From Nemertoderma westbladi (taxonomy: Eukaryota; Animalia; Xenacoelomorpha): a stretch of DNA of 48,607 nucleotides. This document shows positions 8,263 through 19,389 of the stretch, one piece after another; the stretch's first letter is position 1; every line of letters starts with the position of its first letter. The DNA is taken from NCBI GenBank assembly GCA_032718475.1, contig JAUCBJ010006274.1, positions 1-48,607 of the forward strand, given 5' to 3'. Position numbers and translations under genes: made by a program. The notes under the pieces were generated by a model. The model was given only the letters and a program-made list of their open reading frames with translations. It had not been told where the DNA came from and searched no databases.

Positions 8263-11168
8263 TGTAATAGACCAATATAATCATTTTCATATATCCTCAT
8301 ATTCAGAACATCCAGTGGAGGGTTACTGTTTTGTTTCTATATAATGTTGATAACCTAGCTTTAAATATTGCAGTAAACTGGTTTATGAGTAACGGTGGTT
8401 ACCGGTACTGATTGAAAGATATAATGCATGGCAGTACTGGCAGTATATAGATAGACCTCTATATTAATGGCGTTTTGATATTGTCATTCTGCTCTCTGAA
8501 TATCCACAGAAGGATGGATCAGACTGAGTTGATTGAGCAGATCCTTGGGGGGTTTCAAGCAATCCATGCGGCCTCAGACTCAGTCAAACTTTTTAAATCT
8601 ATAAGTGACTCCCTGTCGGTAAACTGCAACCTCATCCTGTTTGGTGATCACTTAGTCATACCAAAGGCTGCTCGAAGTGATATTCTAGAATGCCTTCAAA
8701 GTCCTCATCAAGGAGTGACGAGTACCAAACAATGTGTGCGCCAAACGGTATACTGGCCCGGAATTAGCAGGGACAATAAGGCAATGACATGGGAATGCTA
8801 ACACTGTCAGCAGCGATTGCCAAGTCTACCGAATGAAACTCTCAAGGCAGATGACCCACCTACCCGAACATTTCAGCTCACAACTGCAGACCTATTTAAT
8901 TGATGAGATGCCTTTTTTGGTATATACTGACTGCTTCTCTGGTTACACAAGCATCACGGAGTGGCAAACACCACCATGTGCCAGATAAGTAACCTCTGTA
9001 TTATGCAAACACTTTGTAGACTTGGGGGTTCCAATTGTATTAAGAACTGATGGGGAACCACAATTTTCGGCCCGTTTCACCAGGGATTTCCTGAAATATT
9101 GTGGCTTTGCATGGAAACCCAGCACACCCCACTACCCAACCAGTAATGATCATTTTGGCACTTAGAAGGATAATTGAAGAGTTATCAAAAAAGAAAAACA
9201 GGCAGGTATCTGGCTGTTATCTTTGTTGACTTCTTCAAGGCCTTTGATTCCGTCTCGAAATTATTGCAGCAATCAGATCAGTATACGATGGTTCGACAAC
9301 ATTTGTGTCTACTGTTGACGGTGACACAACCATTTGAAGTGTTATGGGGCGTCCTCCAGGGAGACACAATTGCACCATTCTTGTTCAAAATTGTGGTTGA
9401 CTATGTTCTACGCATGTCCTTAGATCATCATAATGATGATGGGGTGATGATAACTCCACCTACTGGCTCCAGAAGTCGAGGAAATCTTGCCAAGTACCTA
9501 ACTGATCTAGACTTTGCTGATGACTTAGGAGTACTCTCAGAATCACTAGAGGGAGCCCAACGGCTCCTCAGCTCATTAGAACATGCTGCTTCTAGTGTTG
9601 GTCTTTTTATTAACTCCAGAAAGACCAACATTTTGACAGTTAACTTTGAAAGCCCTCAGCAAGTCTCTGATCGGATGAGCATAAGCTCAAAGGATGGTAT
9701 GCTTGAGCATGTGGACGACTTCTGTTACCTGGGATCATGGATCCGGAAGTCAGGTGAGGACCTTCGAATACGTAAGGGAAAGGCATGGACAGCCTTGAAT
9801 AGGCTTTCCAGGATTTGGAAGTCACCGAGAACTAATCGGAAACTTAAGGTCCGATTATTTAGAGCAGCGGTAGTTCCAGTACTCCTATGGGAGTCCATGC
9901 TGGGCTCTAACTGCTGAGGACACCAAATCTCTGGATGGCACATTCACAAGAATGCTACGCCGGGTTCATTGTGTCAAGTACAATGCTCACATCTCCAACC
10001 AGACACTATATAACATTGGAGGTGTCTCATTGGTTCCCCCAAGCTTGACACTAGAACAAAATCGCCTCCGCTTTGCAGGACATTGCTTTCGCCGTGAAGA
10101 CCAGCCAGTGCATAATCTTGTACTTTGGCAGCCTCATGGAGTGAATAAGCATGGTGGACAGCCCATGACTTTCTTGAGACGCATCTTAAAGGACACTGGC
10201 CTTGAAGATGCCGATGATCTAGCAAATGTCATGGGTGATAGGGAGATGTGGCGGCGCAATTTTGTCGACAAGCCGGCACAGCATTCTTAAAAATGCAGCT
10301 GCAATGCAGCATGCCGTTCCTAGTAGTAGTAATGATCATGCTGAAGCATTAGTAAAACGACTCAAGTCATTACTGGCAAAGTATTCTCAACCCGACATTC
10401 ACTCTGAGGAATTCCTCCAAGGACTTATGGAACTCAGAAATTGTCCTCGTGTGACGGAGACTCCCCAAGTGAAACATCACAGTGATGATGAGACTAGGCT
10501 CATGAAAGAGACACAGCAACTGCCACTCACCGTGAGTAAACAGAGGAATTATACAACCACACCACCACTGATCTACCCAGCCTCAAAATCGGGTCTAATG
10601 TTCGTGTACAAGACTCCAATACCAATCGCTGGTCACATATTGGTACGATTGCTGGTGTGGGTAGAAACCGCCATTATATGGTTAAGCTACCATCGTGACG
10701 CACCTGGTGGCGAAACCAACGTTTTCTTAGACCATATCACTGAAGAAAAATTTAGATTTTACACTAGATGAGTATGTAAATTAAAGTTAAACTGAAACTG
10801 AAAGTAAACCTGACACAATGCATTAACCAAGCGAAAGGCTTCAAAAGAAAATAGTTAATTTATTCATTAACGATTTAGACTATAAAATTCGAAAGGAAAA
10901 AAAAGGAAAGGGGGTGGGGATAGACCAATATAATCATTTTCTTATATCCTCTTTTCATACAGAACAGCTGGTGGCGGGTTACTATACAATGTTGAGTTGC
11001 GTGCTTTAATATATAGCAGATACTGGTTTTAGTGTAATGGTGGTTACTGGTACTGATTTTCAGATAGAATACATATCAGTACCGGCAGTATATAGACATC
11101 TACATTAATGGCGTTTTGATATTGTCATTCTTCTCTCTGAGTATCCACAGAAAGACGGAGACAAAACA
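8263..11168 (+). mobile_element. Decayed Gypsy-type LTR retrotransposon (internally deleted; integrase remnant) inside intron A
   Basis: Direct repeats 8268-8512 and 10921-11152; TGTAA start and AACA end; purine tract ~10890-10920 before the right LTR; flanks GCTGC/CCTGC. Integrase motifs HQGVTSTK..VYWPGI, GVPIVLRTDGEPQF, PHYPTSNDHAEALVKRLK with stops and frameshifts. Confidence 0.85.
9154..10327 (+). mobile_element. RTE-group LINE, family 2, 5'-truncated, inserted into the Gypsy integrase
   Basis: RT motifs FVDFFKAFDSV, GVLQGDTIAP, FADD, YLGS; closely matches 28011-29240; (TAG)n tail; TSD AGTAATGATCAT at 9142-9153 and 10328-10339; frameshifts and a ~45-bp internal deletion. Confidence 0.92.
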
Positions 11169-11484
11169 CCTGCAATCTTGCCGAAGTTGTGTAATTATTA
11201 CTGCACTATCTTATTGACTATGTAATCATTATCATTTGTATCTTATGCTATGAGTAGTGTATTTGATAAACAGTGTATCAGTAGGCAATGCCGCGGAGTA
11301 AAACAAACTGGGTTGTGAGGATAACTACCAACTTGTTTCAGTTGGTTAAAATTTTATTGTGCCAAGTTTTGTAAAAATGACTCAGGTCCTTTCCATTGAT
11401 TAAAATATACTTAGATCCAACACATCGTGATGGATATCATGAAAATATTTAATTCTAAGATCCTGATATGGTAATTATTCGCTC

Positions 11485-11901
11485 CTCGAGTTGTTTTATC
11501 CCGCCAGATGACTTAGGTGGAAGGAATTCGTTGACAACATAGAGATGAGGGATCCATACGGATTGGGTGAGGAGGGGTCGAAGAGCGATAGAGGAATGGT
11601 GTTGTGGGAATGTAGAACCGAACGCTAACAGGGGGTTGTTCCACTGCATACGAAGATAGATGAGTGCCGAGAATGACATTGATGAATCCGTAATATCTCC
11701 AATGTGTGCGAGACCAATATTAACGCCTACACGTAGCATACGGTTCTGGTGTGGGCGTTCCAATATATTTTCTTTTTCTCTCGCAATTAGTTCACTGATA
11801 TGTCGCATTACAGACGCGCTGCTGTTGCTGGGATGACCAGAACTCGCGAAACTGCCCATTACCATGGTAACAATGAACATCAGCTTTGTGATTACAGACA
11901 T
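11485..11901 (-). CDS. Cys-loop channel paralogue A, coding exon 1 (signal peptide and N-terminal ligand-binding domain)
   Basis: ATG at 11901; MSVITKLMFIVTMVMGSFA hydrophobic leader; RP..V.V.I, IYLRMQW (loop D), WIPHLYVVNE (loop A); 417 nt = 139 codons, same length as exon 1 of B. Spliced product 388 aa. Confidence 0.9.
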
Positions 11902-11951
11902 TGTTAATATAATCAAGCAAACGATAAATATTTCTAAAATAATATAACTGT

Positions 11952-14900
11952 AGGGTTACTACTGCTAGGCTTACTACTGCTAGGCTTACTACTGCTAGGC
12001 TTACTGCTGCTAGGTTTACTACTGATAGGCTTACTACTACAAGGCTTACTACTGCTAGGCTTACTACTGCTAGGCTTACTACTGCTAGGCTTACTGCTGC
12101 TAGGTTTACTACTGCTAGGCTTACTACTACAAGGCTTACTACTGCTAGGCTTACTACTGCTAGGCTTACTACTGCTAGGTTTACTACTGCTAGGCTTACT
12201 ACTGCTAGGCTTACTACTGCTAGGTTTACTACTGCTAGGCTTACTACTGCTAGGTTTACTGCTGCTAGGTTTACTACTGCTAGGCTTACTACTGCTAGGC
12301 TTACTACTGCTAGGTTTACTACTGCTAGGCTTACTACTGCTAGGCTTACTACTGCTAGGTTTACTACTGCTAGGCTTACTACTGCTAGGCTTACTACTGC
12401 TAGGCTTACTACTGCTAGGCTTACTACTGCTAGGCTTACTACTGCTAGGCTTACTACTGCTAGGTTTACTACTGCTAGGCTTACTACTGCTAGGCTTACT
12501 ACTGCTAGGCTTACTACTGCTAGGCTTACTACTGCTAGGCTTACTACTGATAGGCTTACTACTGATAGGCTTACTACTGCTAGGCTTACTACTGCTAGGC
12601 TTACTGCTGCTAGGCTTACTACTGCTAGGCTTACTGCTGCTAGGTTTACTACTGCTAGGCTTACTACTGCTAGGCTTACTACTGCTATGTTTACTACTGC
12701 TAGGCTTACTACTGCTAGACTTAATACTGCTAGGTTTACTACTGCTACGCTTACTACTGCTAGGGTTACTACTGCTAGGCTTACTACTGCTAGGCTTACT
12801 ACTGCTAGGCTTACTACTGTTAGGCTTACTGCTGCTAGGCTTACTACTGCTAGGCTTACTACTGCTAGGCTTACTACTGCTAGGCTTAATGCTGCTAGGC
12901 TTACTGCTGCTAGGTTTACTACTGCCAAGCTTACTACTGCTAGGCTTACTACTGCTAGGCTTACTGCTGCTAGGTTTACTACTGCTAGGCTTACTACTGC
13001 TAGGCTTACTACTGCTAGGCTTACTACTGCTAGGCTTACTACTGCTAGGCTTACTACTGCTAGGCTTACTACTGCTAGGCTTACTACTGCTAGGCTTACT
13101 ACTGTTAGGCTTACTACTGCTAGGCTTACTACTGCTAGGCTTACTACTGCTAGGCTTACTGCTGCTAGGCTTACTACTGCTAGGCTTACTGCTGCTAGGT
13201 TTACTACTGCTAGGCTTACTACTGCTAGGCTTACTACTGCTAGGTTTACTACTGCTAGGCTTACTACTGCTAGGCTTACTACTGCTAGGTTTACTACTGC
13301 TAGGCATACTACTGCTAGGCTTACTACTGCTAGGCTTACTACTGCTAGGCTTACTACTGCTAGGCTTACTACTGTTAGGCTTACTGCTGCTATGCTTACT
13401 ACTGCTAGGCTTACTACTGCTAGGCTTACTGCTGCTAGGCTTACTACTGCTAGGCTTACTACTGCTAGGCTTACTACTGCTAGGTTTACTACTGCTAGGC
13501 TTTCTACTGCTAGGCTTACTACTGCTGGGCTTACTACTGCTAGGCTTACTACTGCTAGGCTTACTACTGCTAGGCTTACTACTGCTAGGCTTACTACTGC
13601 TAGGCTTACTACTGCTAGGTTTACTACTGCTAAGCTTACTACTGCTAGGCTTACTGCTGCTAGGTTTACTACTGCTAGGCTTACTACTGCTAGGCTTACT
13701 ACTGCTAGGTTTACTACTGCTAGGCTTACTACTGCTAGGCTTACTACTGCTAGGTTTACTACTGCTAGGCTTACTACTGCTAGGCTTACTACTGCTAGGC
13801 TTACTACTGCTAGGCTTACTACTGCTAGGCTTACTACTGCTAGGCTTACTACTGCTAGGTTTACTACTGCTAGGCTTACTACTGCTATGCTTAATACTGC
13901 TAGGCTTACTACTGCTAGGCTTACTACTGCTAGGCTTACTACTGATAGGCTTACTACTGATAGGCTTACTACTGCTAGGCTTACTACTGCTAGGCTTACT
14001 GCTGCTAGGCTTACTACTGCTAGGCTTACTGCTGCTAGGTTTACTACTGCTAGGCTTACTACTGCTAGGCTTACTACTGCTATGTTTACTACTGCTGGGC
14101 TTACTACTGCTAGACTTACTACTGCTAGGTTTACTACTGCTACGCTTACTACTGCTAGGGTTACTACTGCTAGGCTTACTACTGCTAGGCTTACTACTGC
14201 TAGGCTTACTACTGCTAGGCTTACTACTGTTAGGCTTACTACTGCTAGGCTTACTACTGCTAGGCTTACTACTGCTAGGCTTACTGCTGCTAGGCTTACT
14301 ACTGCTAGGCTTACTGCTGCTAGGTTTACTACTGCTAGGCTTACTACTGCTAGGCTTACTACTGCTAGGTTTACTACTGCTAGGCTTACTACTGCTAGGA
14401 TTACTACTGCTAGGTTTACTACTGCTAGGCATACTACTGCTAGGCTTACTACTGCTAGGCTTACTACTGCTAGGCTTACTACTGCTAGGCTTACTACTGT
14501 TAGGCTTACTGCTGCTATGCTTACTACTGCTAGGCTTACTACTGCTAGGCTTACTGCTGCTAGGCTTACTACTGCTAGGCTTACTGCTGCTAGGTTTACT
14601 ACTGCTAGGCTTACTACTGCTAGGCTTACTACTGCTAGGTTTACTACTGCTAGGCTTACTACTGCTAGGCTTACTACTGCTAGGCTTACTACTGCTAGGC
14701 TTACTACTGCTAGGTTTACTACTGCTAGGCTTTCTACTGCTAGGCTTACTACTGCTGGGCTTACTACTGCTAGGCTTACTACTGCTAGGCTTACTACTGC
14801 TAGGCTTACTACTGCTAGGCTTACTACTGCTAGGCTTACTGCTGCTAGGCTTTGTACTGCTAGGCTTACTACTGCTAGGCTTACTACTGCTAGGCTTACT

Positions 14901-15089
14901 ACTGCTAGGCTTACTACTGCTAGGCTGACTACTGCTAGGGTTACTACTGCTAGGCTTACTACTGCTAGGCTTTCTACTGCTAGGCTTACTACTGCTGGGC
15001 TTACTACTGCTAGGCTTACTACTGCTAGGCTTTCTGCTGCTAAGCTTACTACTGCTAGGCTTACTACTGCTAGGTTTACTACTGCTAGG
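11952..15089. repeat. 15-bp minisatellite (TTACTACTGCTAGGC)n, left arm, ~209 units
   Basis: Direct inspection; strict 15-bp phase with point variants. Confidence 0.99.
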
Positions 15090-15614
15090 TGTTAGCTTAT
15101 TCAATTCCGCTAACACAAACCCATAAAGTAAGCCGATAAGCAATATTGGGGGCCACGAGGTTGATTACCCAATCTCGTGCCACCCCAATAAAGTGGGAAG
15201 GAGAAACACACAATGAGGGTCAGGGGCCAAACCCCTAACAGAGAGAGAACAGAAGGAGTGAAGGGAAACACTCCAAAGGGTGCCAACAGGGATATTAGCC
15301 AATCAGGGGGGAAGCATCGGCTGAGTATGCAATATGGCCAACCGTGCAATATATATATTACCGGTCGATGCAGCTTTCATTCAGTTATCCCAGTACAGTC
15401 AGGCAGTACGGTGACAGTTAGGACCGTCACCGCCGTCACCATATTACCGGTACATTACCATCATTAACGCTATCTGTTATCATCCTATTTATACTGTATT
15501 CTACATATATTAACAATACGTCGGAGCAACACAAACTCTTTTCCATCACGGTACGGCGGGGACGCGTACAGAAACAACACCGGATAAACCGGGATCCTCT
15601 CGGATCCCGTCACA
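15090..15614 (+). repeat. 5' LTR
   Basis: TG..CA termini; CCAAT (ATTAGCCAAT) and TATA-like AATATATATATT; aligns with 20885-21418. Confidence 0.95.
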
Positions 15615-17473
15615 GTCGACTAAACTCAGTCCAACCAACTGCCTGCAGACTGTGGCTGATAGCCACCAAGAGACAAGATGAGTAGAGGAGGAGAAGCGAC
15701 ACCGCCGCGGACCCCGGACGACGATCTAACGATCCGCGAGGCCGCGACGAGACGGTATCAACCCACGACGCCGGACCCATCGATAACGGGCGATCCGGCG
15801 ATCCAAGATGAGGGGGGCCGTCTACAAAGAGAGGACGAGTCGGGAGTCGAAAGGGAGAAAGACGAGTCGACGCGGAGCGAGGGTCGACGTACCGATGTCG
15901 CCGGCCAGCCACAGGCCGAGGGCGACGGACGGCCCACCGGAACGGCGACGGTGGGGCCGCCGGTACGACGTCGGACCCGGAGAGATGGAGGAGAGGTCGG
16001 CGACGAGGACGTCGGGGTTTCTGATCGACTTCGACGGGCCTACCCGCGACCCGGGAGCAACTGAAGGAGGCCAAAGGAGGGGCGAAGATAGACGAGGTGA
16101 AGATTGAGGAAACGACTAGGTGAGTCGAACAGATACTTTGATTACCTAATGCGTTTTGGGCAGAGAGAACTAGCCGAGGAGAGGGCGAGGGGAGTTGCCA
16201 ACGAACTGATTGAACTATGGGAGTGTGGGGGTATGCAGCCTAGTGTAGTGTACATAGGGCCATACTTAGTCGATGCCCGGGGAGTAAAATTAGTGGGTTG
16301 GAGGAGACCGCAGGAGGGCGAATCCGAGGTTAACCCCGAGGATTCGGTCTCGTCGGTCGGAGGAAGTTCCGGGAGGCGGGGGAAAGTTGGTGGGACGGAG
16401 GGGCGACGGGAGTCCGTCGCAACCGATAAGTCTGCTACATCCTCCGCAAAAGAAAGAAGGGTGCGGAGAGATAAATCTAGAGTATAAATTAGAAATGGCG
16501 GCGGCAGAGCAGAAACGGTTAGAGAGACAATTGAGGGAGGAAACCGCATTCTCAGAGGGTTAGGAGAGTGGAAGGGAGTATAGAGAGAAAGCCGAGGAGT
16601 CTAGAGAGAGCCGGAGTGTAGAGAGCGAGAGATGAGAGTAGAGACGAGCCGGCGAGGCGGCTCTGAGATGGTTGCGAGAGTGGCAGAGTCGGCCGAGCAG
16701 GAGTATGCGAGAGAGAGAGATAGAGGTAAGCGCAGGCGGGATGATTTGCGTGCCCGGCTAGGGAGGCTTAGGCAACATCGAGCCGAACTGAATCAGCGCC
16801 GACTAGAACTGGCGCGGTTGGAACTGTCAGAGAGTGAGACCCCACTTACAGGCACCGGGCGAGAGAACCAGAACTGGTGTAGCCGTACGGGCGGGGGGGG
16901 GGGGGGTAATAGTAGTACGTTAGAAATAGTTAATATTAATAGTACCGTAGTAGATAACCCTAATCCCTTTATTACAGGAAATAATATTTTACCTGGTAGT
17001 AGTAATTTAAATTTAAATTCAAATACTCTAACATAATAATTTCAAATATTCAAACCATTCAAAATAATTCGAATAATAATTTAAGTTTAGAAAATAGTAG
17101 TGATCTCAGTAATTTAAATAATTTAAATAATAATCCCGTTTCAAATTCTAACAATTTAATTGATTTAACAAATAATATTGGGAATGGTGCTATTAATATG
17201 AGCGTGTCGGACGTACATAACCCGGCAGACGGGGGCCTGGTAGGCCACGCAGTTAGTAGGCAGGAGGTGGCAGGGGTCGAGCCAACCCGACGGCGGCCTG
17301 GTAGGCCACGTAGTTGGTAGGCAGGAGGTAGCGGGGTTGAGCCAACCCGAGGTGGGCCTGATGGGCCACGCAGTAGTAGAGAGAGAGGCGGGGGTGAATA
17401 GACCCAGCCGTAGTAGAGACAGTGCGTCGACTAGAGAGGGGTGTAGAGACGAAGTAAGAGATAGTGAAGTTAG

Positions 17474-19360
17474 ATGTGGCGAGTGGGGGGGGGGGCTACC
17501 GGCGCCCCACCACATAAGATTAGTGGCGAGAGAGGGGGGGTAGAGAGTGTCCGACAAGAGGGACGCAGAAGTGTAGTAAGAGATAGTGAAGTTAGAAGTG
17601 GCGGGTGGGGGGGGGCTACGGGCACCCCACCGCGAGAGATTAGTAGCGAGAGAGGGGGGGCAGAGAGTGTCCCACAGGCGTCGGCGAATAATGCGCGGGC
17701 CGAATTAGGTAAACCGCAACACCCGGCGATGGGGAGTAATAGGGGGATTGCGAGTATCCCCAGCGGCGTGCGATCGAGCAGAGAGAGGCAGGTTGACGTC
17801 GCGAGAGGGCGGACGAAGCGTCGAGCCCGATCAGAAGAGGGAAGAAGAACAGTGGAGTTTAACCGGGAGGTCGACGAGAGATCTCATGAGCCGGAATACT
17901 GCACTGAAAAGAGAAGAAGAGGAGATAGTAGAAGAAGTGTCGCCACGAACGATAGGAGTGTGAGGACGGATAGCGGACCGTCGATAGTAGAGATGGAGTT
18001 AGGGAGTCAGTGGGGTCGAACTTCGGGAGATTGCCGTCGCCCCGGAGAAACGCACCACACGCCAAGAGAGGGGTACAGGACGTACCAATACAAAGTCGAG
18101 AACAGGAGAGGGGATCGGAGAGAAGCTTCCCGACGGGATATAGCTGCCGATCGAGAGTGCGGTAGTCGCCGGGAGATTCGAGATTCGCGAAGATTAAACT
18201 TCGGTTCGAAAGGGCACATGCAGACTGCAGGACATACTGTAGGCCTTACTGCACATACTATTATAGGCCATGCTGGGAGAGGTAGAGTAGGCGATAGGGT
18301 AGCGCGAACGACGGGATTAAACCCGGAAGCCGCGGAGTACATACCGGTAGGTAGGCAGGAAGTGGGTAGGCCTATATCGGTACAGCAGCATGACTATAAT
18401 ACACAGGGACATAACATATATCCAGGGGAGGGGAGAGTTATTGGAGATAGACGTATGGGCCCCAATATATTAACATCAACCCCAGTACCAAACATACCGG
18501 CCGGGGGGGGGGGACAGGGTGACATTCCCCCATCACAATATCGACAATATACCCCAATAGGAGCAAGAACATCGAACTCCCTGGACGAGAACAGGTCGTG
18601 CGGACAGTCGCTACCACACGCGGCCATACAGGGGACTGCTAGTCCACAGTTAGCTGGTAGCAGGGCCACACCGTGGCAGGGACAGAAAGAAAATAACACC
18701 ATAAATAAACACAATCCCAATATACCCAGTAGGCCGAGTCTAGACAATCGAAACATTAAATCGGTACATATAAACCTAAGCGCGATACGTGAAGGACTAT
18801 ACAGGAAACGCTATAATCCAGGATTCCAATGTCAATTACATCGGGACGGAACCCATGAGACCAGGAGTTGTAAGTACTGGCAAGCGTTGCCCAAACGAGA
18901 TCGTGTAGCCTACACAGACGCAAACGGACTATGTCATCGATGTGTGGTAAAAGGACACAGATCCGGAGAGTGTTGGAAAGAGAGAGGATGTGAAAGGACT
19001 AAACCAGGGGCAGAGAGGCCCATGAGCAAACATAAAGGAGTCGGAGGCGTGTTGCATACGCACGCAGGACTGACACAGTGCGAGGGGGCATTACATGGGC
19101 GGACGCCGTGTATACCAAGGGACGATCGGGGGTCGTCGAGGGCTTTAATGCCAGCGCACATACGAAGGGGGAGGCCAGCAAAGGTAGCACCGAAGAGAGT
19201 GTGGCGAAGAGTTAGAGGACGTATAGGAGGGCAGCAGGAGAGTGCCTACTGGAAGAAGGGGCACGTGAGAGTTTTTAGTCGTCCAAAGTTTTGGACTGAG
19301 GGGGGTGGGAATGAGGGCGAGACGCCCTTCCCACGCATAAAATATAAAATAATTATTTAA
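17474..19360 (+). pseudogene. Gag-like ORF remnant with BEL/Pao-type Cys/His knuckles
   Basis: CQLHRDGTHETRSC-KYWQALPKRDRVAYTDANGL-CHRCVVKGHRSGEC-WKERGC matches the spacing of the BEL/Pao gag zinc-knuckle cluster. Upstream Arg/Glu/Gly-rich broken ORFs from 15678 are probably the same reading frame disrupted by indels. Confidence 0.65.
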
Positions 19361-19389
19361 TTAAAAACAATAAAATAATTAAATAATAA

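Larger units (their letters stand above)
7976..11484 (-). other. Intron of paralogue A (3509 bp), GA-AG, with complementary termini
   Basis: Position fixed by alignment to paralogue B (CTCGAG|GT in B, CTCGAG|GA in A); joining gives QLE|VYPNG, the expected LGIC continuity; reading on past the junction hits TAG at 11457-11455 with no GT before it. Confidence 0.8.

Noticed and set aside
11792-15143. Very long ORFs (1069, 802, 679, 378 aa) of PSSSK / LTTAR / LLLLG / AVVSL repeats
   Set aside because: By-products of a 15-bp stop-free tandem unit open in several frames on both strands; the 378-aa ORF is out of frame with channel exon 1.
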